The notes: a model not told the origin generated them from the sequence alone. Numbered from the stretch's first letter, positions 1 through 8,700 are shown. The stretch: 12,481 bases of DNA from Candidatus Eiseniibacteriota bacterium (GCA_031364845.1 JANLWX010000042.1:1-12481); one strand, 5' to 3'. Numbers and translations are program-made.

Positions 1-899
1 AGGCTCGCGGTCACACCGGCGCGGCGCTGCTCGCAGTAGCTTCCGAGCAGCTCGGGGATGCTCTCGTTCGCGAGCTCGACCACGAGCCGGGCGTTGACGG
101 CGTTCGAATAGGTCAGAAGGTCCTCGAGCAGCTCGTTCAGATGGCGTGCGCGGTCGAGCGCGGCTTCCAGCATGGACTGCACACGCACTCCGCCGGCCTG
201 CGCGCTGACGACCGATTCGAGCGTCGCCATGACGACCGCGAGCGGCGTGCGCAGTTCGTGATTCACGTTGCGCAGGAACTCCGACTTGAGCGCGTCGATT
301 TCCTGAAGATGCACGTTGGTCGCAAGCAGCTGCCGGTGGGCGTCGGTCATCTGACCGTGGAGGCGCGCGTTCTGAAGTGCGACGCCGACGATTCCGAGGG
401 CGGCCTGCAGAATCTGGAGATCCGTCTCGTCGTAGTCCGAGCCGCCGAGCTTGGGCCCGAGTGCGATCCATCCGAGAACTTCCGAGTGGGCGAGCATGGG
501 AGCGAACAGCACCACGTCGACTTCGTCGGTGCGCACATCGCCGGCGAAGAACGGGACCGGATTGAGCTCGAAATGCGCGAGCAGGGTCCGGTTCAAACTG
601 TCTCCCGTGCGCTTCACCGCGGCGCGATCGAATCCATGGCAGCGAATCAGGATCGAGTGCGGCGACTCGCCCTCGGGAATCAGCCACAGCGCGGCGCGGC
701 CGGTTCCGATCTGCCCCATGAGATTGAAGAGCAGCAGATCGGCGGTCTGGTGGACCCCGAGAGATACCGAGAGCTCGCGAGCGAGTTCGAGCAGCGACTT
801 GAGCGAATGCTCGATCTTGGCGATCTCGGGCCCTGCCGGCCCGGAACCCACCAGAATTTCGCGATTTTCCATGGTCTGCCCGACGCGATCCTTATCCAT
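1..899 (-). CDS. GAF-domain sensor histidine kinase (GAF + HisKA), cytoplasmic; 3'-truncated by the window edge
   Basis: Absent from the ORF track because no stop lies in the window; I translated it by hand. ATG at 899 (alternative ATG at 872) opens a frame to base 1: MDKDRVGQTMENREILVG...LKSLLELARELSVSLGVHQTADLLLFNLMGQIG...FAPMLAHSEVLGWIALGPK...YDETDLQILQAALGIVGVALQNARLH (GAF-like), then a coiled coil, then the H-box EIDALKSEFLRNVNHELRTPLAVV (His codon 258-260) and ARHLNELLEDLLTYS. No TM segment seen. The start overlaps the STAS stop (ATGGATAA). Confidence 0.92.
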   Translation of the reverse strand, partial: MDKDRVGQTMENREILVGSGPAGPEIAKIEHSLKSLLELARELSVSLGVHQTADLLLFNLMGQIGTGRAALWLIPEGESPHSILIRCHGFDRAAVKRTGDSLNRTLLAHFELNPVPFFAGDVRTDEVDVVLFAPMLAHSEVLGWIALGPKLGGSDYDETDLQILQAALGIVGVALQNARLHGQMTDAHRQLLATNVHLQEIDALKSEFLRNVNHELRTPLAVVMATLESVVSAQAGGVRVQSMLEAALDRARHLNELLEDLLTYSNAVNARLVVELANESIPELLGSYCEQRRAGVTAS

Positions 900-1254
900 T
901 CGTGCCGTCTCGCAGGACGTCGAGCGCGGCCTGCTCGTCGTCGTCGATTCCCAGGAAACGGTCGATGTTGAGCAGCGTCACCACCGCGCGCACCGCGGGC
1001 GAGATCGCCACCAGCCGCAGGCTCCCGGGGCCCTGGCGGAATTCTTCGACCAGTGCCAACAGCGCCCCGATGCCGCTCGACGCAATGAACGACACACCGG
1101 CGAGGTTCACGACCAGGCTGCGACCGTCGCGGCGGACCTGCGTGCAGGTTTCGACCAGCGCCGGCGCATTGCGCGCATCGAGTTCGCCGCGCACACGAAT
1201 GATGACGGATCGATCCGACACTGGACCGCGCTCAATGGTGAATGGAGTGATCAT
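892..1254 (-). CDS. STAS-domain anti-sigma factor antagonist (SpoIIAA/RsbV-like), 120 aa
   Basis: C-terminal part of ORF 892..1602. The true start MITPFTIE at 1254 overlaps the upstream stop as ATGA and has an SD-like GGAAGGA 8 nt upstream. Motifs: IIRVRGELDARNA, LVVNLAGVSFIASSGIGALL (phospho-acceptor-equivalent Ser codon 1078-1080), LRLVAISPAVRAVVTLLNIDRFL. Confidence 0.93.
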   Translation of the reverse strand: MITPFTIERGPVSDRSVIIRVRGELDARNAPALVETCTQVRRDGRSLVVNLAGVSFIASSGIGALLALVEEFRQGPGSLRLVAISPAVRAVVTLLNIDRFLGIDDDEQAALDVLRDGTNG

Positions 1255-3425
1255 GATGAGGTTCCTTCCCGAACGGTCGATGTGCTGCGCGGCCCGAACG
1301 TGAGCAGAGTGATGTTTCCGCGCGATGTCGCGGGGTGATAGGACACCTCGTGCATGACGCGGTGAATGATCTCGAGCCCGAGGCCGCGACCGCGTTTGCG
1401 GACTCCGGGATTGTCGAAGTCGAGTCCCTTGCGGTTCTCGGGCCGGAACGGCGTGCCGTCGTCGCGCACGACGAAGACGCCGCGCCGCGCTCGTTCGTCT
1501 GCGGGTTGTCCCGCGGTCTCTCCCGCGCGCGGCGGCTGCCACCACAGTTCGAACGTGTGCGAGCCCTGCTCGCCGAAACCGTGCTCGGCGACGTTGGCGC
1601 AAACTTCGTAGAGCGCCGAGCCCAGCAGCTGGGCGTCGGCGTCACTCAATTCGTTCAGGACCACCGTGCGCCGCATCCACTCGCGGATGGCCGGGATCGA
1701 ATCGAGCGACGACGTGAGCCTCAGCCCATGGCCCGCCTGCTCGGCGTCGGCGAGTCGCTTGAGCGCGATGCAGGACGAATCCCCGGGCTCGCACATCGTC
1801 TCGCCCGCGGGATCGAACGCATCGGCCGCGAGGGAGGCGATCAGCAGCGTCTGGTCGTCGCTCGGCGGGCCGTCGCCTTCCCAGCGACGAACGTCGTCGC
1901 TCAGGCGTTCGCAGATCGCATCGGTACCGCGCGCCGCGACGTCGGTCACACCTTTCAGTATCCGATCGAGTCCGTACTCCTCGGTGTGCGCGGCGTCGAA
2001 CGCCTCGCTGTAGCCGTCGGTGAACTGCACCATCACATCGCCGGGCTGCAGCTGAACGACTTCGTCGTACAGCATGCCGCGCGCAACGCCCCCGCGGAGT
2101 GCGGCGAGCGGAATACCCTTGGGCTGCAGGACTTCGGTGTTCTTCGTGGCGTGACGATAGAGGATCATCGGATTGTGCCCGGCGGACGTGAACACCATCT
2201 GGCCGGTCGCCGGATCGAGGATGCCGTAGAACATCGTCACGAACACGCCGGGACGCAGCGATTCGCCGAGGCGCTCATCGAGCTCCCCGAGCAGCGCGGC
2301 GGGAGAGGTGTACGTGTTGCGCAACGCGCGCAGCAGTGCCGAGAGCATGCTCATGACGAGACAGCCCGCGAGTCCCTTGCCCGAGACGTCTGCGATCGCG
2401 ATCGCGATGCGGCCGTCGGGCAATGGCAGGATGTCGAAGTAATCGCCGCCGACTTCCGCGGCCGCGCGATGGCTTCCGCGAACCGTGACGTTTCCCGACG
2501 TGACCGGGCCACGGGGCAGCAACGACTCCTGGATCTGGCGCGCGAGATCGACCTCGTGCGCGAGCCGCTCGCGCTCGATCAGCTCGACCTGGGCATCCTT
2601 GAGTCGTCCGGTCATTTCGTTCACGGCACCCGCCAGCAGTCCGAACTCAGTGCGGTCCCGAAGCTGGATCGGAGTGTCGAGGTCGCCGCGGCCCACGCGC
2701 TCGATGCCGGCGCGCAGCACGCCGACCGGATGCAGCAGTTGCGACATCATGACGAACGCCGCGGCCACGCCGAGCACCAGGAACAGGACGAGCGCGACCG
2801 CCTGCTGGCGGCGTGAAGCCGCGATGCGGCTTTCGATGTAGTGACGGTTGAGCCCGACCAGCGTGCGGCCGATCGTGCCGCCCCCCGGACCCGGAATCGA
2901 AGCGCTCGCGACGATCAACGTCGCACTGGCGGCGAGCGACTCGCCGGCCTTGACGGCGCGCCCTTGTGTGACCGGCTGCAATCCTGCCGGTGGCGCGAAC
3001 GGTGTGCCGAGCATTCGCGAATCCGCATGTCCTTGAATCCGGTCGTGGTGGTCGACCACGACCACGAACGCCAGACTCGACTCGTTCTCGAGCGTTTCCT
3101 TGACGAGCGGCTGAAGCGTCATCTCGGGGAAATCGCCGAGCAGCGCGCCCGAACTAGTGAGCGCGAGATTGCGGGCGAGCAGCAGCAGCCGCGACTCGAT
3201 CTCGCCGGTGAGCGCGGTGCGCGCGTTGCGCTCGTCGACCGTGCCGACGCTCAGCGCGGTGGCGACGGTCAGCAGTGCGGTCGCCGCGATCACGATCCAG
3301 CGGATGCTGAGGATGCGTGAAGGTGCGGCCGCGGCAGCGGCCGTGGGCGTCATGACGGTCGCTGTGGATGCCGACTCATCGACACCGTCTGCGACTTCGG
3401 CGGGTTCCTGCTCGCGTCGTTTCAT
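1251..3425 (-). CDS. Inner-membrane sensor: 2 TM + periplasmic domain + HAMP + SpoIIE/RsbU-type PP2C phosphatase + C-terminal RsbW/SpoIIAB-like HATPase Ser kinase, ~724 aa
   Basis: Start MKRREQ at 3425, 4 nt after the upstream TGA (alternative start MTPT at 3353). TM1 WIVIAATALLTVATALSVGTV; TM2 AVALVLFLVLGVAAAFVMM; HAMP LHPVGVLRAGIERVGRGDL...EFGLLAGAVNEM; linker ERLAHEVDLARQIQESLLP. PP2C motifs EVGGDYFD, IADVSGKG, SAGHNP, FTDGYSEA, DDQTLL. Kinase motifs: N-box EVCANVAEHG, G1 RDDG, G2 RGRGLGLEII. Confidence 0.93.
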   Translation of the reverse strand: MKRREQEPAEVADGVDESASTATVMTPTAAAAAAPSRILSIRWIVIAATALLTVATALSVGTVDERNARTALTGEIESRLLLLARNLALTSSGALLGDFPEMTLQPLVKETLENESSLAFVVVVDHHDRIQGHADSRMLGTPFAPPAGLQPVTQGRAVKAGESLAASATLIVASASIPGPGGGTIGRTLVGLNRHYIESRIAASRRQQAVALVLFLVLGVAAAFVMMSQLLHPVGVLRAGIERVGRGDLDTPIQLRDRTEFGLLAGAVNEMTGRLKDAQVELIERERLAHEVDLARQIQESLLPRGPVTSGNVTVRGSHRAAAEVGGDYFDILPLPDGRIAIAIADVSGKGLAGCLVMSMLSALLRALRNTYTSPAALLGELDERLGESLRPGVFVTMFYGILDPATGQMVFTSAGHNPMILYRHATKNTEVLQPKGIPLAALRGGVARGMLYDEVVQLQPGDVMVQFTDGYSEAFDAAHTEEYGLDRILKGVTDVAARGTDAICERLSDDVRRWEGDGPPSDDQTLLIASLAADAFDPAGETMCEPGDSSCIALKRLADAEQAGHGLRLTSSLDSIPAIREWMRRTVVLNELSDADAQLLGSALYEVCANVAEHGFGEQGSHTFELWWQPPRAGETAGQPADERARRGVFVVRDDGTPFRPENRKGLDFDNPGVRKRGRGLGLEIIHRVMHEVSYHPATSRGNITLLTFGPRSTSTVREGTSS
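1263..1269 (-). promoter_or_regulatory. Shine-Dalgarno-like RBS (GGAAGGA) for the STAS gene
   Basis: The minus strand reads GGAAGGA-ACCTCATC-ATG, an 8-nt spacer to the ATG at 1254. Confidence 0.6.
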
Positions 3426-3429
3426 GGCG

Positions 3430-5439
3430 TCACCGGCCCAGTCCGAGGATCTCGCGGCTGCGCGCGATCTGCTTCTGCGCGCGCGCCAGATATCCCTGTG
3501 CCCGTGCGTCGTTCGGGTCCACGCGCAGCACCTTCTCCCACATCGTGACGGCCTCCTCGAGTCGGCGTGACGCAAACGCTTCCATGCCTCGTGCCAGGTA
3601 CTCGCGCTTCAGAAGCTCACCGACTCCGCGATAGCCCGGTCGTTCCGCCCACACGTGTTCCCAGTAGCGCAGCGCGTCGTCGGGACGCTGGGCCTTGAGT
3701 GATGCGACGCCCTGCTGGTAGAGATCCTCGGCTTCGCGATCCGAAAGCGTGCTCCGTTTCGGCGTCTCGCCGCGCGCCGTGCCCGTTCCCGCGCTCGTGG
3801 CCCGCGGCGGTTTCGGAGCACTTACTGCCGCCGTGCGCGCGCGTGTGAGTGCCGACATCACGTCGTCGAAACCCGATGCACGCCGATCGAGCTTCGCCGC
3901 CAGATCGAGCTGCTCCTGCGCTTCGGCAAGGCGTCCGGCCCGGACGTCGCGATGGGCGGCGTCCACGAGATTCGAGGCGCGACGGCTCAAGGCCTGCTCG
4001 GTGCGCGCGAGCATCCGGGCGGCTTCGGTGTCGCTCGGATCCTGCTGCAACACGGACGTGAAACGATCGCGGGCCGCAGGCAGGTCCTCGGCGGCGAGCG
4101 CATCCATCGCCGAGGCGAACAGCTCGCGGATCTGCGCGGAGCGTTCCGCGTTGCGGTCGCTCTCGGCACGGCAGCGCTCGGCGCCGGCCGTGGCCGCGGT
4201 GTCGGAAGGTGCCGCAGCGCGCGCGAGATCGTATGCGGCCGCGGCCGCGGCGAAGTCCCCCGACTGCTCGAGCTGTGCGGCCTTCCCCTTCAGGCATTCG
4301 ATCTGCAGCGCCAACGCCGCTCGCGAGGTGGGATCGAGCGTCAGCACTGCTCCGATCGCGTCGAGCGCATCGTCGTAGTCGCCGCGCGCCCGGTCGTTCG
4401 CGACGCCGGTCAGGAGTTCTTCGATCTGCTGCGACTGTCGCTGCTGGAACGCCTCCGACAGCTTGCGTTCGAGTGCAGCGTCCTCGGCTTTGCGCGCGGC
4501 GAGGCGCTGCTCCTCGACCGTTGCACCGAGCCGCATCGACAGGCCGATCCGATGGGCGCTCGCGATCGGATTGTTCTCGAACGTGTAGTCCATCGACAGA
4601 TTGCGCCACAGAATTCCCGACCCGGCCGTGAGCACGCTTCCGTTCATGCCGGCGCGCAGAGCCGCAAGATTGAAGAACCGGTACTCGACGCCCGCGTGCA
4701 TCTTCGCGGGCGCGGTGCCCGGCTTCTCGAAATCCAACTCGGTCAGAAGCCCCGGTCCGTTGCCGAGCGGGATGCGGTAACCGACACCGGTCCGAATCGT
4801 CATCGGATCGGGAAGGTTTTCGCGATCGAGCCGGATCGAAGGCTGAACCAGGTTGCGCACCGCGAGCCCGAGACGCATACGATCCGCCCAGCGCGGGCTC
4901 ATCCCCACGCCGAGATCGACGCCGAGCCCATTGGCGCTCAACCCCGCGAGGCTCTGGCGCTGCAGCTTGACCGCGCCGCCCACGCTCCAGGTTTCGCCGA
5001 GCGCGCGGCCGTATCCCAGCGCCAGCTCCATTTCCGAATCGCTGATGTCCTGGCCGAGCAGCACGTTCTGGTGATCGCGGCGCTCGATGCCGTCGACGCC
5101 GAAGTGGCGGAAGGAGAGGCCCGCCGTTCCCCAACGCCAGCTCGGCAACGCGAACGCCGCGTTGGATTCCTGGAACCCGAGCCCCAGGTGTGCGGACTGA
5201 TTGAGATGCAACTCGCTGCGGCGCACCAGCCCAAGTCCCGCGAGATTCCAGTACATGGCACTCGCGTCGTCCGCGGATGCGACGAACGCTGAGCCCATCG
5301 CGAGCGCGCGCTCGCCGGCGCCGTAGGCGAACACCGACTGCGTTCCCGCGGAGTCTTCTGCCGGCGCGGTCCGCGCGAACGTCATCGCCGAAATGACCGC
5401 CACCGTGAACAGCGCGAGCTTCATCGTTCGAAGGGTCAT
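3430..5439 (-). CDS. PorV/PorQ-family (FadL-like) outer-membrane beta-barrel fused to a C-terminal coiled-coil + TPR region, 669 aa
   Basis: C-terminal part of ORF 3430..6516. The true start MTLRTMK at 5439 overlaps the upstream stop as ATGA. After a signal peptide comes the family N-terminal plug motif GAGERALAMGSAFVASADDASAMYWNLAGL, then amphipathic beta-strands (ELALGYGR, WSVGGAVK, LGVDLGVG, MHAGVEY, LSMDYTF, HRIGLSMRLG ending ~4525), then helical TPR-like motifs (e.g. YLARGMEAFASRRLEEAVTMWEKVLRVDPNDARA). Confidence 0.88.
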   Translation of the reverse strand: MTLRTMKLALFTVAVISAMTFARTAPAEDSAGTQSVFAYGAGERALAMGSAFVASADDASAMYWNLAGLGLVRRSELHLNQSAHLGLGFQESNAAFALPSWRWGTAGLSFRHFGVDGIERRDHQNVLLGQDISDSEMELALGYGRALGETWSVGGAVKLQRQSLAGLSANGLGVDLGVGMSPRWADRMRLGLAVRNLVQPSIRLDRENLPDPMTIRTGVGYRIPLGNGPGLLTELDFEKPGTAPAKMHAGVEYRFFNLAALRAGMNGSVLTAGSGILWRNLSMDYTFENNPIASAHRIGLSMRLGATVEEQRLAARKAEDAALERKLSEAFQQRQSQQIEELLTGVANDRARGDYDDALDAIGAVLTLDPTSRAALALQIECLKGKAAQLEQSGDFAAAAAAYDLARAAAPSDTAATAGAERCRAESDRNAERSAQIRELFASAMDALAAEDLPAARDRFTSVLQQDPSDTEAARMLARTEQALSRRASNLVDAAHRDVRAGRLAEAQEQLDLAAKLDRRASGFDDVMSALTRARTAAVSAPKPPRATSAGTGTARGETPKRSTLSDREAEDLYQQGVASLKAQRPDDALRYWEHVWAERPGYRGVGELLKREYLARGMEAFASRRLEEAVTMWEKVLRVDPNDARAQGYLARAQKQIARSREILGLGR
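5359..5439 (-). other. Predicted Sec/SPI signal peptide of the PorV-TPR protein
   Basis: MTLRTMKLALFTVAVISAMTFARTAPA|EDS: basic N-region, hydrophobic core, A-x-A cleavage motif. Confidence 0.75.
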
Positions 5440-5744
5440 CGTACGACCGCCAGTTTTCGCAGCAGACGGCTGCTGGTTCCATCGTCGAAGCGCACGTCCA
5501 ACTCCACGACGTAGACGCCGTTGTAGACCGTCTGCCCGCGACCGTTGCGGCCATCCCAGCGGTCGACCTGGTGGAGTCCGTTCGAGCGCGGAAGGTTCTC
5601 CAGCACGGTCGCCACACTTTCGCCGCGCGGCGTGAAGATGCGGATCGAAACCCGCGCCGCAGACGGCAGGTAGTAGACGAACGTCGTGGCTTCGCGTCCC
5701 GCGGCGAACGGGTTCGGGTAATTGGACCAGCTCGCGGCGAGCGT
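5436..5744 (-). other. C-terminal FlgD-Ig / T9SS type-A-like secretion sorting domain
   Basis: NYPNPF (5706-5723), a WDG..G..V.NGVY motif and terminal RKLAVVR match the YPNP...G.Y...K pattern of T9SS CTD and FlgD_ig C-terminal domains. Confidence 0.82.
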
Positions 5745-8700
5745 GTTCGCCGTGAGGCCCGCGGCTTCGGACCACATCGGGAAGCTCTGCCCCGCCGCCG
5801 GCTGAATTCCGACCGCGAGCAGCGCGCTCGCCGGCTGGATCACGCCGATCCCCGCCTGTTCCACGCCGATCCGGAAACCATCGGGCGCGCCGTCGGTGCG
5901 GGTCACGATCCGCAGCTCGACCTGCGTCGTCTCGCCGGGGGCGATCGCGAGCGGAGCCGCGGCCAGCAGCACTGCCGTCATCACGTCGGACGCGAGCGTG
6001 CCGCTCTCGGCCCACTTGGCACCATCGACCCACGCTTCGAGGTTCGCTGCACCCGCGCCGATCGGGAGCGGCGCATACGCGCGGTCGCCGGCGCGCAGCT
6101 CGAGCCGATCGATGTGGATCGAGCCTGCGCCAGCGGCGTCGACATTCGTGAGCGCGATCGTGGCCGCTGGGACCGAGCTGCCGTCCGCCGCGAACGCGGT
6201 CGCCATGCGGCTCGTCATCCCGACGCTCAGCGAGCGTGCCGGCGACTGGAGGCGCGCGAGGCCCGAGAGGATCGGAAGATCGCGTGCGGGTGCGGGCCCG
6301 ACGTGGACCGGCTGCCCCGAGTTCGCATCGACGGCACCAATCCCGTCGGCCGCGAGCATCAGCTCGATGCTGCCGAGTGGTGCCGCCGGGCTGATGTCGA
6401 CCGCGACTGTGATCTGCGCCGAGTCGGCAGGCTCGATCAGCAATCCCGGCAGGACGACCTTCACGCTGCCCATGCCGGGCGGGTTCGGAGCCGACGCGAC
6501 GACCGTACCGTTCCACGACACCGTGAGCCTCGAGAAGAACGCCCCCGGTGCAAACGGCCGGCGGGCCTCATCGCGGCAATCCACGCGGAGGCTGTCGAAG
6601 CGAACGCGCGACGTACCCGCGGCACCGGGATTGCGCAGCGTGACGGCGAGTGCGGGGATGCTGGTCGAACCGATCAGCACCGATGAGGTGAACAGCGGCG
6701 CTCCCCCGGCCACGAGGCTGTCCGCGCCGGCTTCGACCGTCACCCATCCACCGGCGATCGGGTTCGTGGCGTACTCCGCCCGCACACGATTGCGCGTGGT
6801 CGCATCGCGCGCGTCGAACGACGTCGTGTCGGCGAGGCGCGCCTGGAATCGACCGAAGGCGGCGGTCGCGGCGACGTCGCCTTCGATCGTCAAGTCGAGC
6901 GGTGTGTTGGCGGGGATCGTGAGCGGCGGTGAGAACGGGATCGTCAGCAGCGGACCGGATCCGCCCTCGACCAGTTGCGTGGTCACGATCTGGGCACCGG
7001 TGCGCACGCGCAACTGCCCGAGAAGCGCCGACGGGTCCGCGACCTGGGCGGCATCCGCATCGACGAGGTTCAAGGCCAGCGAATACACGCGGACATCCGA
7101 CGAGATACCGGTGACGCCCGGGTTGTCGAGGCGCAGGCGCAGCAGGGTCACGTCATCGTTTCCGCGCGCGACCCGCGAGGAGTCGGGCGCGATCAGCGCG
7201 GCCGTCACACGATCCGTCTCGGCCACGATGCGCGCGACCGCTGAGCGCAGCGGATATCCGTCCGGCATCACGGCGACCATGACGGGCGCGCCGCTGGTCG
7301 CGTCGTCGGCTTCGATCCACGAACTGTCGGGAATCGAGACCAGGAACGCGGGGACACTGGTTGCGGACGCGATGTCGAGGCGCAGCGTCAGCGTCGAAGG
7401 CTGGGCCGGATTGACGACGACGGGCGAGGCGAGCTGAAGATCGATTTCGGAGCCGGTCGCTTCGATCGCGGTCTTCACCAGATAGACGTTGGTCCCCTCG
7501 TTGACCTCGACGCGCGTGAGCAGGCTCGACGGCACGAGGCCCTGGCCGGCCGGGTCCGTGAGCCGGATCCTCAGGTGTGACAACCGCGCATCGGACGCAC
7601 CCGCGCCGCCCTGATTCGTGAGCGTGAGGCTGAACGGAACGATGCCTTCCTGTCCGCGATTCACGTTCACCGGCATCGTCTGGACCGGGATCATCGCGAG
7701 CAGGTTGGTGCCGATGAAGATCTGCTGGAGCCCCGACGATGCGAACGGTGAACGGCGGAACAGGCTGGAGACCGCTCCGGTTCCCGAAGCGTTGCCGGTG
7801 AAACGCACGTCGCCGATCGCATTCGCCGTGTAACGCCATTCGAACGTCTCGACCGCACCCGGCGCGAGTACCAACGAGGCCGGCGTCGGGCCGCTCGCGA
7901 GCGTGAGCGAGCCGCTGCCCGAGAGCGTCAATGGCGACGGGGCGACCGCGTTCACGGTTTCGGTGCTGGTGTTGCGCACCGTCATGCGAACGGTCACGTC
8001 CTGTCCGAGAGTCGTCGCGGCCGGCACCGAGATCGAAGCGAGCAGCGGGGCGCCGCTGATCAGCAGCCCGTCCGGGTTCGTGACCGGCTGATCGAGCGGG
8101 CCGTCATTGCCGGATTGGTTGTCGATGCCGTTGATCGGAATCGAGAGCTGCACGGTCACCGACTCGGCCGGCGCGCTCGAGACGTCGACGCTGATGAAGC
8201 TGCGCACCCCGGCAGCACCGATCGGCACCGAGATCAGCGGCGACTGCCATCCGCCCGACTGCGGAACCAGCGGACTGATCAGGATGTCGTCGCCGGCGCC
8301 CGTGAACACGCCGTCGCCACCGTCGCGCCACAGCTTCATCGAGGCGATGTCCGAAGGCGTCGCGTTGCCGAGGTTCACGACGCGCACGCTGCGCAGGACG
8401 TCCGACTTGTAGCCGTCAGGAGGCACGATGAAGTCGAGCGCGAGCACCGCGTCGTCGTTCGGTCCGACGGTGACCGAAGGCGTGCGCATGCTCGAGAGCT
8501 GCACCGCGGCGAATCCGTCGATCGTGAGCCGGCATCCGGAATCGAGCGGCCATCCGCCGGTCACCGCCGTCGGCTCGAGGAAGGCGAGCGCAAACTCGTC
8601 CGCAATCACGGCCGACAGCACGTCGCCGTCGGCCGCAGCGTTGGACGAGACATCGGCGGTGACGAAGATCTGGCGCGTCTGTCCCGCCGGGATGCTCCAT

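Noticed and set aside
1255..1602. N-terminal extension of the STAS ORF (likewise 3426..3575 of the PP2C ORF)
   Set aside because: These overlap the upstream gene in another frame and are low-complexity Arg-rich. The RBS and stop/start coupling support the shorter starts.
3324..3345. Ala run (TAAAAAAP) and similar gcggcc-rich stretches as a phase-variable repeat or terminator hairpin
   Set aside because: Mixed Ala codons rather than a perfect SSR, inside coding sequence, and with no U-tract.
5440..6516. N-terminal 359 aa of the listed 1028-aa ORF 3430..6516
   Set aside because: Arg-rich off-frame read-through overlapping the giant gene. The signal peptide and ATGA overlap put the real start at 5439.
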